A stretch of 64,000 nucleotides of DNA from an uncultured Christensenella sp. (lineage in GTDB: Bacteria; Bacillota; Clostridia; Christensenellales; UBA1242): NCBI GenBank assembly GCA_964434265.1, contig CAYSUK010000006.1, positions 11,398 through 75,397 of the forward strand, given 5' to 3'. The stretch's first letter is position 1; the number at the start of each line of letters is the position of its first letter. The notes beneath the pieces are model-generated. The model saw only the letters and a program-made list of their open reading frames with translations, had not been told where the DNA came from and made no database searches. This document shows, one piece after another, positions 51,301 through 56,217 of the stretch. The position numbers and the translations under genes were made by a program.

Positions 51301-52133
51301 TTAAGGATACCGAAGGTGTTTCAAATATCGCAAAATTCTTCAGGTCAGCAAGGGGATACAATACAAGCAAGATGCCACATGTCGGAACTTTGTATGGTAC
51401 AAATAATATTACTGACAACAAAACAACACTGGGCAGTAATGTTAAAATTAAATCTAGCAGTAAAGATAATAATTATAGAGTACTTTATGATAGATTTACT
51501 CACTGGGCATATATTGCAATGCAAGATGATAATTTGAATAGTTGTTATGGTGCGCTTGTAATTGAGTGGTCGTACTATATCGACAGCGACCAACGTGTGC
51601 CTAAGACTTACAGCTTTATTAATGATGTCCAAAAAGACTTTGCTACAAAAGAAAATGAACGTATAGATGTTAAGTACACATACGATATTCAAAAGAGCTA
51701 TACAAACAAATTTAATCTAGACTGGAGTAAAGCTAGTTCGGTATCCGAACAGCTCCGCAGTCTACGTGACTTGTTTAGTCGTTCGACTGCACAAGGAGGT
51801 GCTTCGTATAAAGGCCTTATAAATGAATTTGTTATGGCTGTATATAAGAAAGACACCACATACAAGAGTTTGTTCTGTGGAAATGAATGGAAGGCTCAAG
51901 ATGAATTTGGCTCTTCTTCGTCCACAACATCCATAGAAACTTATGATATATATGAAGATACAGGTGCTTATTATTTGTATATTCAAACTGCAGGTGGTAC
52001 TAAATATTATCGTTATTCAAATAATAACATATCTAATAATGATTTTGATCCTACTAGCGACTGGTATTATGGAATGACATTTGGTGGTGAGAGAAGACTC
52101 ATTAAGCAAAAGTCTAGAATGGCCAAAAATTAG
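30351..52133 (+). CDS. Giant surface lipoprotein 2 (about 7260 aa), paralog of giant 1, about 8 GLUG-type beta-helix modules
   Basis: Uninterrupted 21.8 kb ORF; likely ATG at 30351 after AAGGTGG (track 30297). Lipobox FSA-C (Cys codon 30426). Motifs NGTKDNPYKI, IDLAGKVWTPIGT..PFTGTFDGNGHTISN and many GGxxG repeats. Confidence 0.9.
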   Translation: MGKNLLRKIFAFVVMVMGAVTVFSACSKDPYKKMRLSLDKNEITITYDADDIEKNRFSISATVSGVGKKVSKDVEFVVGDNSIVSPIGSDYIRTSGDKTTATFVATPNGGTTYIDVMTLEGNKKQRVMVNVEIPIESMSFEMETLPIERGVKTDITSKFDGVSTQIYNRLSFVPENTTQNDVVLTVTDMSGEAFSDNEVTIDGNYITVNSETLSTFNLTATSKFDSDITASISCTVLDTIDTEKVVLKENDTTLQLTYESGKPVYVLNLANASSSADADKQKEVYVDFNMDNGVVPDETYVVGCVKADGIPFGVTDNQNSFVVWGGSGKSTGLVYFSLNYKGFEHLFAPKYVTLRVNVSTFPDEICFSDGQEQIESMKVYQNYGGAVLGASTILNILSRSSDGTTSPLSTQTAYLAVEASGYGAISGVNLWYYSKGVKYDINAKTAIRHGEKIYIGFDSDAISDFSNTIELVARSTVNDVEGRVTLDLVKGTVRPVFANGSVINMKEGVSESEPNTFVLSTTERDDGMPYLTLGSTDVALSECSVKLENNGGVVTCVYDEQQGGFLISAGKLPAGVTEMTVSGTITAPNGVSADFSVFVYENVNSDTLAFRIGNKNYTFSSINGVDSIPNDVEPYEITMSISGGFDIKLVKLLDFKTDDGGNVTTEYDPDGRYEVIETIPNNIVFEKITRDENGSKVVSVDFSNKLHIASGRSTGEDTISYVLSSTSYDPNLSDEKNYMYIAFKITVEAILNGFNISGSTIETESKDTFSIIADRSILHSDTNNLKTDKLRAIARPNNTVLNYENIKFEVKYEDKLAESEEPEEYTFDGAVGRLYSFNITSGQDKRIINFSIFVSIDLNEKNIVEMTFRCDNIEGMDSANVRVTLIYTQTFTDINGKAESYSERKTFDGVIRKAVKVTNIAFDRQEVMFNVNQFGIDASGKVQNTERAKTSVNYLVTPSANLTLKGFYLFYKIGDNDIQQAIGTDNEYNIDGFLNVVVGDGYVGLSITQYEDGKENIRLYLVPMDMSDETGRIEPSVVESSDIPASFTVSFRNGTKDNPYKIQDAYDLQFVNSQLDAYYELTNDILISNSTDWTPIGINADNQFVGNIKGNGYKISGLVLNKTVNIEDACMTDSTKQVVVGSETVNVQGYAAYYGLFGYIGMGAEISDIKFENFHVYVEYNGENLGVEIDENNTISSSGERIFVDVYIGGFAGFNLGTLTNITVVDDTERGYSSLKGNILNSLRVTDDDNNVVNKGIAYQPKNIYSIHSNSVFVGGMVGLNSGEICEGKVNVAMFVRDKQDHPTLQGISTAYVGGVSGVNLSTRLQNNETVYESGIISGIDVYSLINATLVDPVFKGMIRNDNSVLGGIVGLNISANGYAFVKDSTCQTIIVGKNYIGGAIGQNYGVLNNVEVIPHIYGIDYIGGAVGTNMNAFTGTYQVVNNNIKTALFAFGSKGLISVANDDYKKGIVYHTKVKFVDTVDEISLFNTSIIGRNYVGGLIGYTYDSNAEKVNLQNTNYLQRASQYDFTSIANTTYATVAYSSVKSYFTRGVTNVNDYETEVQYLNQLYMDFTYKDDNGNVIFDKTIFANAESKYYGDIVVLAPISSDVNNTYIGGLIGYSDGGVSTSGKEVTAGTGGNYIHVYFDAVVSNTYNVDSETDTAIIGGLIGKANGILFVYNANILGRVENAKCVGGFVGDSSELLDRLGLEDKKPYSKRDNFYEKSTTYNYSGKFNINNSYTTLKIGDNYVQNFAYIGERVNNKINSGDNDNSQVNTIRYNTGGSGYRLSGDKNYYYPQRKVNRVTIKEYKDSEVKETSSTRRVEYRKILKYVGNTTDKIAIQNGYKDKVSAPTYVTEGEEGYKEAGIFQSNGTKTYYSLTTSRDENDVVTNTWTPSPIVEYVKLYCEDDATVPTYYKKDDLTYNSDDGIYLYDENGVAKYKKTNYYIMTSNATYNYYVEQVDDSEIENTNPLEVIVYTCTPAYVEVEPNYVSATLTVYNNGVQNNGADFYWYNSYIYNSTSNTIALNNDTYTIYEKGEYKTEYELAKTSTYSEYVVGDTVYANIIVDPAGSSNRQIKFYTTADDTEPNTIDYNDKNMYHKMLDYVVNGTTLNNVTSEIGQAEVEFSYNRLTASNSFYVGFETYLYDQDGNVLEENDVAKKVEFTENDAKNTTLGLEGNYYSYYPTTWHYTNINYSDLIFKKYASLSSLAGYHIQYEDSDDLECVIAEYAENEVLINGEGFVNPKTYISEYDLNTYAYSMYEGGGNNGLVSGQSTEGNYIYHNREVNGGLPLAFGKYQGENETKLNLIIDIAPESLNIGNANGDYRVDNVSKNEDGSLVNDNTMGHLVAVILDYDESNENKYDFIGGVNNVIDVNLLPQFVGYGNLKIVSSDSSVVEVVVGGDNYSLLAKGVGCAIINIASTLNNSLSCDIVVLVKETTTALNYTYLTSNGVKVLQDNASISILKNNSSIFGITAKNNSKDVVLKNFGVEYTINSGSAIINGKNYTAGSTVYVYGVSNSFKVDEEYEITARPFYLYEVTYNGNTYAYRKYVDALTGKSEVDTESITYTVSPNSFAYNITAPGNIQAGIANQTSFEIQVKSNDSTLVPFNICFGEKDTNGEDKYYVVETTLDGGVYESLFKIGDGENDKKDSITVNKLNITLVKTTYSEIRNIHTIKFVLDVDSNDYNSFSNETEFEISCKINGSYIADNNDKSDKFTFTLLPFQVENVRMSHYTKFWYDNSSDDADNNYETTYKSYKYASNKIIPGYNSLLQVNITPSYGKFDYVIAEIVGTDGSIIRQVVESENSLNNSQGVSAYYDFPYFEQVNNASNKIKVTNKYSYFKDTSRTYDPSLMLGDDRDDYFKWDESGTLLFALNLDSKYVNSTVSISVKGYSIESSGDTLQFEQSITLDVVELPRLSVTWDRTSNEFSKGNTTNATLNIGGSLDINIDTNDTQIECNPAIGKVEYQNGKYVFSLTDKLTTKDANGAMVPIGLNTDYAITFTATKIVDGAKYSTQATIYVRPVLFLVSGVSFLGSDGKAISDSMNVYYNEEKDIKVQINAEYDITALENFDSTYTKEAIEDNIQTELNRLAQQVWNTATENDNDSYTSSYFWKNEIGNKDQSNALTTGDYSRRGYILKYLGTDTDACFKIRIASSSVKDNIVVAVNYDYTSSGVAIYPSGDGLTKYAGMVQKTLSFNVHASSRDENPLPIKSVDDFKNMVAGESYILLNDLVLSKWEPIEALFRSFDGNGYTITITSFGNVSGLTDIGLFSTIGTDDSDLGYYTTIENLYIDICPITEGESGMLYMDETATLEVNIGSTEDVNVGVLAGTNYGVITNVNVTNNASHIRASRKASLSGYSPIIVEDFSKYFYSDPDTDIEDDYKNALAGSKTINIDSDNMVDTFSIVTSETKESQGLYVGGLVGLNSASGYITNSSVEGVNVKGMDYVAGFASRNLGYISSSYFKGGSVISNDKQTKANSATAGFVAKNESGKIQFSYVLGAETGDVYNKNTTDDNINSMSTYIHSDSNSDMLVLNSNSPEYSASDKRTGKIQINLTDYAGYAIYKQYKEDGTNKDIANLRALGSAVYTNNYASGFVGENSAYISNCYANILVSGTYSAGFAYENEGKIESSYSMSSIKNNNENYYPFIQSKTDVDKCFYLYVNASDGINVDSLKDGFSKYNEDVATSLYAAAFGDYNTFTSWGFNSDYSQNNKLEDGVWFIPAKSDNVKSTSVGMQTYLRESSYTSLRPELVSANIFTMSLRYYVTGDNGNYSYTNVDNWVVENRSSLNISQGSLNNPLLITTASDFNTNLSPAKDDNGNNTPNCSIVRMVHDIEFHEVQTATTFTTDFKGNLEGNGLSINKLRIVADASSTNDKVTYLGLFRSIQSGTVRNLNINIEEISGSNINFVGVLAGAIDNGKVYNIKISSTYDDVRVEGLNAVGGLAGMIVGASDIVNITNNISVKANARYQLNIFSPYNPNVQNTQFKMFVPNDDTQKPFEDTNVTTTYSGGKTKSDNIADAIKDISYVGGIAGIIDVTANLKNSRLDYTDRIRQCYVNESVILTGDVVGGLAGYVGQNSSLSNSEFVICENTTLNALRVGGAIVGHNEGKLNRVVVKYDNQKQVDANFYNAENNTQNNSSYYNALDNARSDSAYTLNIRSDVFSGNAHYIGGIIGANFGGTLKNSYSRLNVVNIYSAYAGGLIGLNIGGELDSVYTTGSVKGYFATGGIIGIQPKVLSIEKEKNGTTVTYYYLDDQSTAVNNDYARRYINNISNVLNGLSLYKTESTTITTESTTYSNVVGANIWRYSDTSVYRSEYYSTQRDSYIGVFVGFMSDNTLIKQNAISSRLAIENTFFKQTYVYNTNSNALISEIGNIDLAIGESYSEDNTYTDIVSDKENDLQNLTIFSLNYTVDEITYAVSRMQYYGSLRSLNEIVSRTYSVSDEASIWRHMTGKTDYNESLFNRSGVKQISIYFGFDTFNWNGTQIDSETNLIVNEVSGVRDVFPEIVNNLKPKIINVKTEDDLRKMSTYLDSKFILQNDITLSLAWMPVGTEDKPFTGELCSAEGQCYSIKNVSMTDGDNDYFGFIRVANGASLHDFKLECTDVLNNDANSTKSNNDSTSIAGGILVGLADKDEDDENTTIENVNIRLNTDKNVKIFSTQYVGGVVGYGKGLSLSDVTLEKYENSTTATQSSTSVNAKFFTSMYKTEYQAGTETVINISYAFGGLVGRFDKDDTQTSTSTDTPADETTSAENITTLSDETTSAETTSTLSVNNIDFYVNYLDETTISTLVTTENRKFDESKVYVGGVLGWTETTPTWEISTSGVSITANMPDDTTYGLYIGGAVGGSNGVNYTSDIEVNTNITATLNNNSTNNPAGIGGVFGRIGNAEVASIVNNTKNTITLNITNANNKVYVGGVVGYASSTTFDSADSNTASSITIPDDTTTVVSNIRAGGFVGFAENSEINNVNVGSAEITNGILTSKIDLIILKDNNGGNKSIFLGGIAGFVSNTAVSTSNVLGNINHTFDEGGRTAEYSKGNTYEAYIGGAIGYTMDGGTLDQVSADQVSADVNIIDNRFEKNDGTFNYGGLVGYADAYNITDSYAVGKIYSVQHIKYLGYITSDESNGTYLGGLVGNGNGITFENCYSATQFVLPNSDTNDTQQLMKYYSQSFWENTNKGGIIGHASGTCTSTNVYYVKDFVPFSNGLCGTGVRAEALKNEFNAGLSDEKQKWKANTDNFYPLLNSASGKVTNTQGSGQNPYIMKDAGGYNSLNHKITSAQTVYINYGNNKWSTESITIDTFGTMVIVGQNRLILTDDNIVITNKGTMFGGEIQEDTILNKGSIIGVKSVGCAAVEPQTVYWVSNKGFIYASGVFELKDANTGLIVNSIYKYSEGQYFGNNLNISGTYTYYTGSTKSAQKTGLSAQNVENFDFTDTSLDLDIDKYWSRVHDVNRGMFVPKWLYKNRYYDDDYSSTYGWYASADSRGVDENGTTYTVSSAAGLAYIAKLVNTSESTTSINILLNADIDLAGKVWTPIGTLDHPFTGTFDGNGHTISNMLVVGNTYNGLFGVVKNATIKNVLIKDAQVASSGSNDCTAILVGQAKGTIKRGHTIKIEKGTLKIEKVAIEDAHICAGNNNVAGIVGYLDNSTLTVDHAYVIIAVNTNRSVYDFSFVVNKRVKSDDTITINNVYGANIGVVTASDETKSYDIVSQGQVLGSQTQSYGISNVTLSNEDDSISKAYVLCEPVKKGDTTYNMYASPMFGVTAFKTKDDLRTKVDLFDEWNTTWTRESTKNYNGFPILNFSQEYWIDEGAKSTSAVTASENIYEITSASQLAWVAYQVNTGANDFSGKTIRVTENIDLAGKIWTPIGITGHAFKGSFVLEIDESISNMTCYGAYSIENSSNTASTVSTETESTSNTTTLNSRAYDFTYGGLFGLVEDSPSMVIDGSIKNFIVGSVKYGATFIAEYKGTNLTSAPTIKVASIGSSDDGSLKDTVSASDYAGGVVGKITGTSSAKVDVVGNVVKASISSNYAGGIVGYAQYVTIRNSSVSGASITGTENTGGIAGQARYSTLFNCKAENFTMTSTSTDSSIGGIVGRAYGSKMSALAVTNMTAKNITATSFGGVVGSVTSSTIQNVTVKDSNTALSHILDVKNYGGVVGSMYVTHLSEVAVIGKAEIKDNHVSFININTRSTYGFVVGLVNDVKDYYESGTYIVDNIYLDISYNRDFSGLLTYNLYKYYVFGFGDQTPSVDVFSYTMFSMKNEYYENGSKKINYLTYGDCASSSAWTYDENHYVLKANGKTLCSNYRMANADNLTAISDNVETVDGHVVITPYKLESVNVSTSGGMQYLAEWWIYRHKKSDNDTINDTTINISANIEDYSAGSIGNKQFPFVGTLNGNSKTITFSSNITSQGIIGYATKINAKNITLAQSDEKSQGYGISGSDNYVGGLVGHIVGNGDSMTIENIISYIKVSGKDYVGGIIGAVELTNGSTLSMIKCRSLEYVDTDGYILNGDSSPVSGANYVGGIIGSVNMSTTATGKVTIDGKTKRINIRPVVYAKSVLQKDIEATGDYVGSIVGYGKNVTIQYYIIRPLKDNNNWLTMVKGPSTEQKYYGGVAGYITDSKISNTGLDSISVVAVKSNYVGGVAGYATSSTISSVTVKAEQDKSASITGNLNVGGLVGGGEYKYDTSGNPTTTCLELSSNTIESVNVGGYGSVGGLIGYLTATHDFDSCANTITIDIKNISGNTVENSIVKLLEKSKEDSDHDYVGGLIGKLYAANYYAGYYACFNCGALYNESLNTFANLYGNTCVLHIAKPKTLTPTFTTTTTAKNTIKDTTIIYTANVDNNEGWFGEYDSSNSGVNGSTTAVKTRVLADNNRWANTSYAKSLRFSEVRYMAMGNSAKNLAKSGDSWYLSTWFSHTSYSGYGISFNYKDVSGKNTWFGPTAGDNNSQNIKDITLSSTSCIYLSTFGNSSSITTYGGSISVPDLTNIKDTEGVSNIAKFFRSARGYNTSKMPHVGTLYGTNNITDNKTTLGSNVKIKSSSKDNNYRVLYDRFTHWAYIAMQDDNLNSCYGALVIEWSYYIDSDQRVPKTYSFINDVQKDFATKENERIDVKYTYDIQKSYTNKFNLDWSKASSVSEQLRSLRDLFSRSTAQGGASYKGLINEFVMAVYKKDTTYKSLFCGNEWKAQDEFGSSSSTTSIETYDIYEDTGAYYLYIQTAGGTKYYRYSNNNISNNDFDPTSDWYYGMTFGGERRLIKQKSRMAKN
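44575..44655 (+). repeat. In-frame 39-bp tandem duplication (DETTSAE...TLS x2)
   Basis: CTGATGAAACTACAAGYGCCGAGA at 44575 and 44614. Confidence 0.9.
45513..45544 (+). repeat. Perfect in-frame 15-bp tandem duplication (DQVSA x2)
   Basis: GACCAAGTCAGTGCC repeated twice. Confidence 0.9.
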
Positions 52134-52139
52134 TAGATA

Positions 52140-52171
52140 AAAAATAGGAAGAAATTTTCTTCCTATTTTTT
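52140..52171 (+). terminator. Rho-independent terminator of giant gene 2
   Basis: AAAAATAGGAAGA-AATTT-TCTTCCTATTTTT. Confidence 0.88.
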
Positions 52172-52292
52172 GTTGTAAATAGTAGTGCGTTTGGTCTGGA
52201 TATTATTATATAATATATAGTTATTATAATATTATTACATTATATACAATGCAAAATTTGTAAAAAACTTTTGGCAGAGTGGGTATTTAGTG

Positions 52293-52321
52293 TTGACAGG
52301 TTTGGATTTGTATGGTATACT
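52293..52321 (+). promoter_or_regulatory. Sigma-A promoter of rpoBC
   Basis: TTGACA, 17 bp spacer, TG-G-TATACT (extended -10). Confidence 0.8.
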
Positions 52322-52492
52322 CGTAGTCGCATAGTATTATTTAGAAGTGTGTCTAAATGTTTTTATTTTAATGGCAAAATTTTAATAAAATGGTCTCTAT
52401 TATCTCCCAAAATTGTTTAAATTTGGGTGGTAAGGGGATTTTTTGACACTCTAAGGCTTACGGGTTAAATATATTTTAAGGAGAAAGACGAA

Positions 52493-55400
52493 ATGCTTGA
52501 TATGCAAAACGTTAAAAAAGTAAAGTATGGCAACAATGTAAGGTACAATTTTAGCAAAACTAAAGAAGTACTCGAAATCCCATACATGCTTGAAGTACAA
52601 AAGGATTCGTACTATAAGTTTTTAAAGGAGGGCATAGGCGAAGCACTTGTTGAGTTTTCTCCAATTACTGACTACGCTGGCAAAGCCGAAGTGCATTTTT
52701 TGGACTACACTTTGGAAGAACGCCCAAAACTTTCTAAGGCAGAAACCAAACGTAAAGGAGCAAATTATACTATTGCTCTAAAATGTAAAGTTCGTTTGGT
52801 TATTAAAGAGACTGGCGAAGTAATTGAGAGCGAAGTATTTTTGGGTGATATCCCTTACATGACTGAAGAAGGCACGTTTATCTTTAATGGAATAGAGCGT
52901 GTTGTTGTAAGTCAAATAGTTAAGAGCCCAAGTGTTTATTATAGCAAAACCATAGACAAGACTGGACGCGAACTTTTCTCGTCGACACTTAGTCCAAAAC
53001 GTGGTAGTTGGCTCGAAATCGAACAAAAGGAGAAAGACCCAAACTTTTTGCGTGTTGCGCTTGACAAAGGCGGCAAAATCTCGCTTGGTATTTTCCTAAA
53101 ATGTTTTGGTCTTACTCGTGAGCAAATCCTAAATGCTTTTGGTGACAACGAAATCATGAAGGCTACTCTTGACCATGATGGTTTTGAGACGCAAAACGAT
53201 GCTCTTATGGAACTTTCTCGTAAGACTCGTCCAAGTGAAATCCCAAATGCTGAAGCTACAAAACAATTTATATTCTCACAATTTTTCTCGACTCAATATT
53301 ACAACTTGGGTGATGTTGGTCGTTATAAGATAGACAAAAAACTAGGTTTTTACAATCGTCTTACAGGGCTTACTGCTGCTGAAGATATCCTAAACAAAAA
53401 GACTGTTCTTGTAAAAGAAGGCGAAGTTATTTCCAAAGAAAAAGCTTTGGAAATCCAATCTAATGGCATAAATGAAGTTTGGGTATATGATGTAAATGGC
53501 AAAAAACACAAAATGTACGGCAATAATCGTGTTGTGCTTAGCGAAGTTATTAAGTGCAACGAGAAAGAGCTTGGCATAAATCACAGTGTATACTATCCAG
53601 TTTTGGCTGAGATACTTAAAGAGTACAAGACAAAAGAAGACCGCATTGAAGCAATCAAGAACAATGTAAACAATCTTATCGGCAGTACTCTTACTATGGA
53701 CGATATTTTGGCTACTGTATCGTACTTCCTTGACCTTAATGCTGGCATCGGTTATGTCGATAATGTCGACCACCTTTGCAACCGTCGTATTAAGGGTGCT
53801 GGTGAGTTATTGCAAGATGCATTTAGAAGTGGATTAAGCAAACTTTCAAATGCCGTAAAAGAGACACTTCAATCACATGATCTAAACGAAATCACTCCTG
53901 CACAAGTTGTAAATGCACGTCCTATAAATCGTGCGTTTAAGGACTTTTTGGCAGGTCACCAATTGTCACAACTTATGGACGAGATGAACCCACTTTCATC
54001 GCTTGCTCAAAAACGTCGTATAAGTGCCGTAGGTCCGGGCGGTATCAAGAAAGACCGTGCAACTGACGAAGTCAGAGATATTCACCACAGCCACTATGGC
54101 CGTATATGCGTAATTGAGACACCAGAAGGTGGAAATATCGGTCTTATCAACTCACTTTCGGGTTATGCAAAGATAGACGAGTATGGATTTATCGAGACTG
54201 CATATCGCGTAATCAATAAAGAGAAGGGTATAGTTACTACCGATGTAGTTTATCTAATGGCTGATGAAGACGAAGGCTGTTATATTGCACAAGCCACTGA
54301 GCCTCTAAACGAAGATGGTTCGTTTAAAAACGACCGTATCACTTGCCGTTATATGGACACTATTGTTGAAGTATCAAAGGATATGGTAGACTATATGGAC
54401 GTTGCGCCTAGCCAACTTATCTCTGTTCCTACTTCGCTTATTCCGTTCCTAGAAAACGACGATACAGCGCGTGCGCTTATGGGTGCAAACATGCAACGTC
54501 AAGCTGTTCCACTAATCACAACTGAGCCATCGCTTGTAGGTACTGGTGTTGAGCACCGTATCGCAAAAGATAATGGCGCTATTATTTGTGCTAAAAATGC
54601 CGGTACTGTAAGATTTGCAGATGCTGACCATATCGAAGTTGTGTGCGACGACGGAAATGTCGACGAATACGACCTTATCAAATTTAAAAAGACAAACCAA
54701 GATAGTTGTGTAAACCAAAAAACAATTGTTAAGGCTGGTCAAAAAGTTAAGAAAGGCGAGACGCTTGCTGATGGTTATAGCACATCTGGTGGCGAACTTG
54801 CACTTGGTAAAAACATGCTTATCGCATTTATGAACTGGGAAGGTTATAACTACGAGGACGCGATTCTTCTAAACGAGCGTCTTGTAAAAGAAGACGTATA
54901 CACTTCTATCTCTCTAAAAGAAGAAGAAGTAAAATGCCGCAGCACAAAACTTGGCGACGAAGAATTTACTCGTGATATTCCAAATCTTGGCGAAGATGCA
55001 CTTAAAAACTTAGATGCAAATGGTATTATTCGCATAGGTGCAGAAGTTAAACCGGGCGACATTCTTGTAGGTAAAGTTACACCAAAGGGCGAGACTGAGC
55101 CTACACCAGAAGAGCGACTACTTAGAGCAATTTTTGGTGAGAAGGCAAGAGACGTGAAAGATACATCACTTAGAGTTCCACACGGAATTAGTGGTGTAGT
55201 AGTTGATGTTCAATTTTTCTCACGTAAGAATAAAGACGAACTTGAGACTGGCGTAAACCAAATGGTTAAAGTCACAATCGCACAAAAACGTAAGATTAGT
55301 GTCGGCGACAAAATGGCTGGACGTCACGGAAACAAAGGTATTGTATCGCGTATACTACCAGAAGCTGATATGCCATTTATGGCTAATGGCCAACCTATTG

Positions 55401-56203
55401 ATATCGTACTTAACCCACTTGGTATCCCAAGCCGTATGAACGTCGGACAAGTGCTTGAAGTCCATCTAGGTCTTGTTGCGAAAGCTCTAGGCATTAGAAT
55501 TGCAACTCCAGTATTTGACGGTGTTAAGGAAAGCGATATTCAAGAATTGTTAAAACAAAACGGATTCCCTGAGAATGGTAAAATCCAACTATATGACGGA
55601 CGTACAGGTGAGCCGTTTGAAAACCCTGTTACAGTAGGATATATGTATTATATCAAACTAGAACACATGGTAAACGACAAGATGCACGCACGTAGTACTG
55701 GTCCATATGCATATGTTACACAACAACCACTTGGTGGTAAAGCCATGTTTGGTGGCCAAAGATTTGGTGAAATGGAAGTTTGGGCATTGGAAGCATATGG
55801 CGCAAGTAAATTGTTGCAAGAAATGATGACTGTAAAATCCGATGACGTGGAAGGTCGTCTCGCAACATACAAAGCAATAGTCGAAGGCACACCACTTCCA
55901 CAACCTTCTATTCCGGAGTCCTTTAAGGTACTTATTAAGGAATTGCAAGGTCTTGGACTTGATGTAAGACTACTTACTAAAAACAACCAAGAATTTAATT
56001 TGAGCGATCTAAACAACGACATGATTGAGACCTTTGCAAACGTAACCAAGGGTCGAGAGAAAGTCGATGACTTAGCACTTGAATTTGAAGACGATAAAAA
56101 TGTCGAGCAAGATTATGAGTCAAACGAAGACTTTGACGGAATATTTGACGAAGAGTCGCTATTTGACGATTTTGACGACGCAGACGAAAATGGGGAAGAA
56201 TAA
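52493..56203 (+). CDS. rpoB: DNA-directed RNA polymerase subunit beta
   Basis: [44 protein letters not shown]; AAGGAG RBS. Confidence 0.99.
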   Translation: MLDMQNVKKVKYGNNVRYNFSKTKEVLEIPYMLEVQKDSYYKFLKEGIGEALVEFSPITDYAGKAEVHFLDYTLEERPKLSKAETKRKGANYTIALKCKVRLVIKETGEVIESEVFLGDIPYMTEEGTFIFNGIERVVVSQIVKSPSVYYSKTIDKTGRELFSSTLSPKRGSWLEIEQKEKDPNFLRVALDKGGKISLGIFLKCFGLTREQILNAFGDNEIMKATLDHDGFETQNDALMELSRKTRPSEIPNAEATKQFIFSQFFSTQYYNLGDVGRYKIDKKLGFYNRLTGLTAAEDILNKKTVLVKEGEVISKEKALEIQSNGINEVWVYDVNGKKHKMYGNNRVVLSEVIKCNEKELGINHSVYYPVLAEILKEYKTKEDRIEAIKNNVNNLIGSTLTMDDILATVSYFLDLNAGIGYVDNVDHLCNRRIKGAGELLQDAFRSGLSKLSNAVKETLQSHDLNEITPAQVVNARPINRAFKDFLAGHQLSQLMDEMNPLSSLAQKRRISAVGPGGIKKDRATDEVRDIHHSHYGRICVIETPEGGNIGLINSLSGYAKIDEYGFIETAYRVINKEKGIVTTDVVYLMADEDEGCYIAQATEPLNEDGSFKNDRITCRYMDTIVEVSKDMVDYMDVAPSQLISVPTSLIPFLENDDTARALMGANMQRQAVPLITTEPSLVGTGVEHRIAKDNGAIICAKNAGTVRFADADHIEVVCDDGNVDEYDLIKFKKTNQDSCVNQKTIVKAGQKVKKGETLADGYSTSGGELALGKNMLIAFMNWEGYNYEDAILLNERLVKEDVYTSISLKEEEVKCRSTKLGDEEFTRDIPNLGEDALKNLDANGIIRIGAEVKPGDILVGKVTPKGETEPTPEERLLRAIFGEKARDVKDTSLRVPHGISGVVVDVQFFSRKNKDELETGVNQMVKVTIAQKRKISVGDKMAGRHGNKGIVSRILPEADMPFMANGQPIDIVLNPLGIPSRMNVGQVLEVHLGLVAKALGIRIATPVFDGVKESDIQELLKQNGFPENGKIQLYDGRTGEPFENPVTVGYMYYIKLEHMVNDKMHARSTGPYAYVTQQPLGGKAMFGGQRFGEMEVWALEAYGASKLLQEMMTVKSDDVEGRLATYKAIVEGTPLPQPSIPESFKVLIKELQGLGLDVRLLTKNNQEFNLSDLNNDMIETFANVTKGREKVDDLALEFEDDKNVEQDYESNEDFDGIFDEESLFDDFDDADENGEE

Positions 56204-56217
56204 GGGGGGTAAATAAT

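Noticed and set aside
11664-51986. Numerous short antisense or alternate-frame ORFs within the giant genes (and within mfd, rpoB, rpoC, fusA)
   Set aside because: They fully overlap long genuine CDSs and have no recognisable motifs; expected shadow ORFs.
11590-52133. Giants as M26/IgA1-type zinc proteases, sortase-anchored adhesins or RTX/Rhs toxins
   Set aside because: GLUG-like repeats are present, but I found no HExxH, LPxTG+TM, RTX nonapeptide or YD repeats, and no adjacent immunity or transporter gene.
28080-52492. Diversity-generating retroelement or invertase shufflon acting on the giant genes
   Set aside because: No reverse transcriptase, recombinase, adenine-specific TR/VR repeat pair or silent cassettes were seen in this window. 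Action in trans cannot be excluded.
56060-56203. Very acidic C-terminal tail of RpoB
   Set aside because: Acidic beta-subunit tails are common in Clostridia; not unusual.
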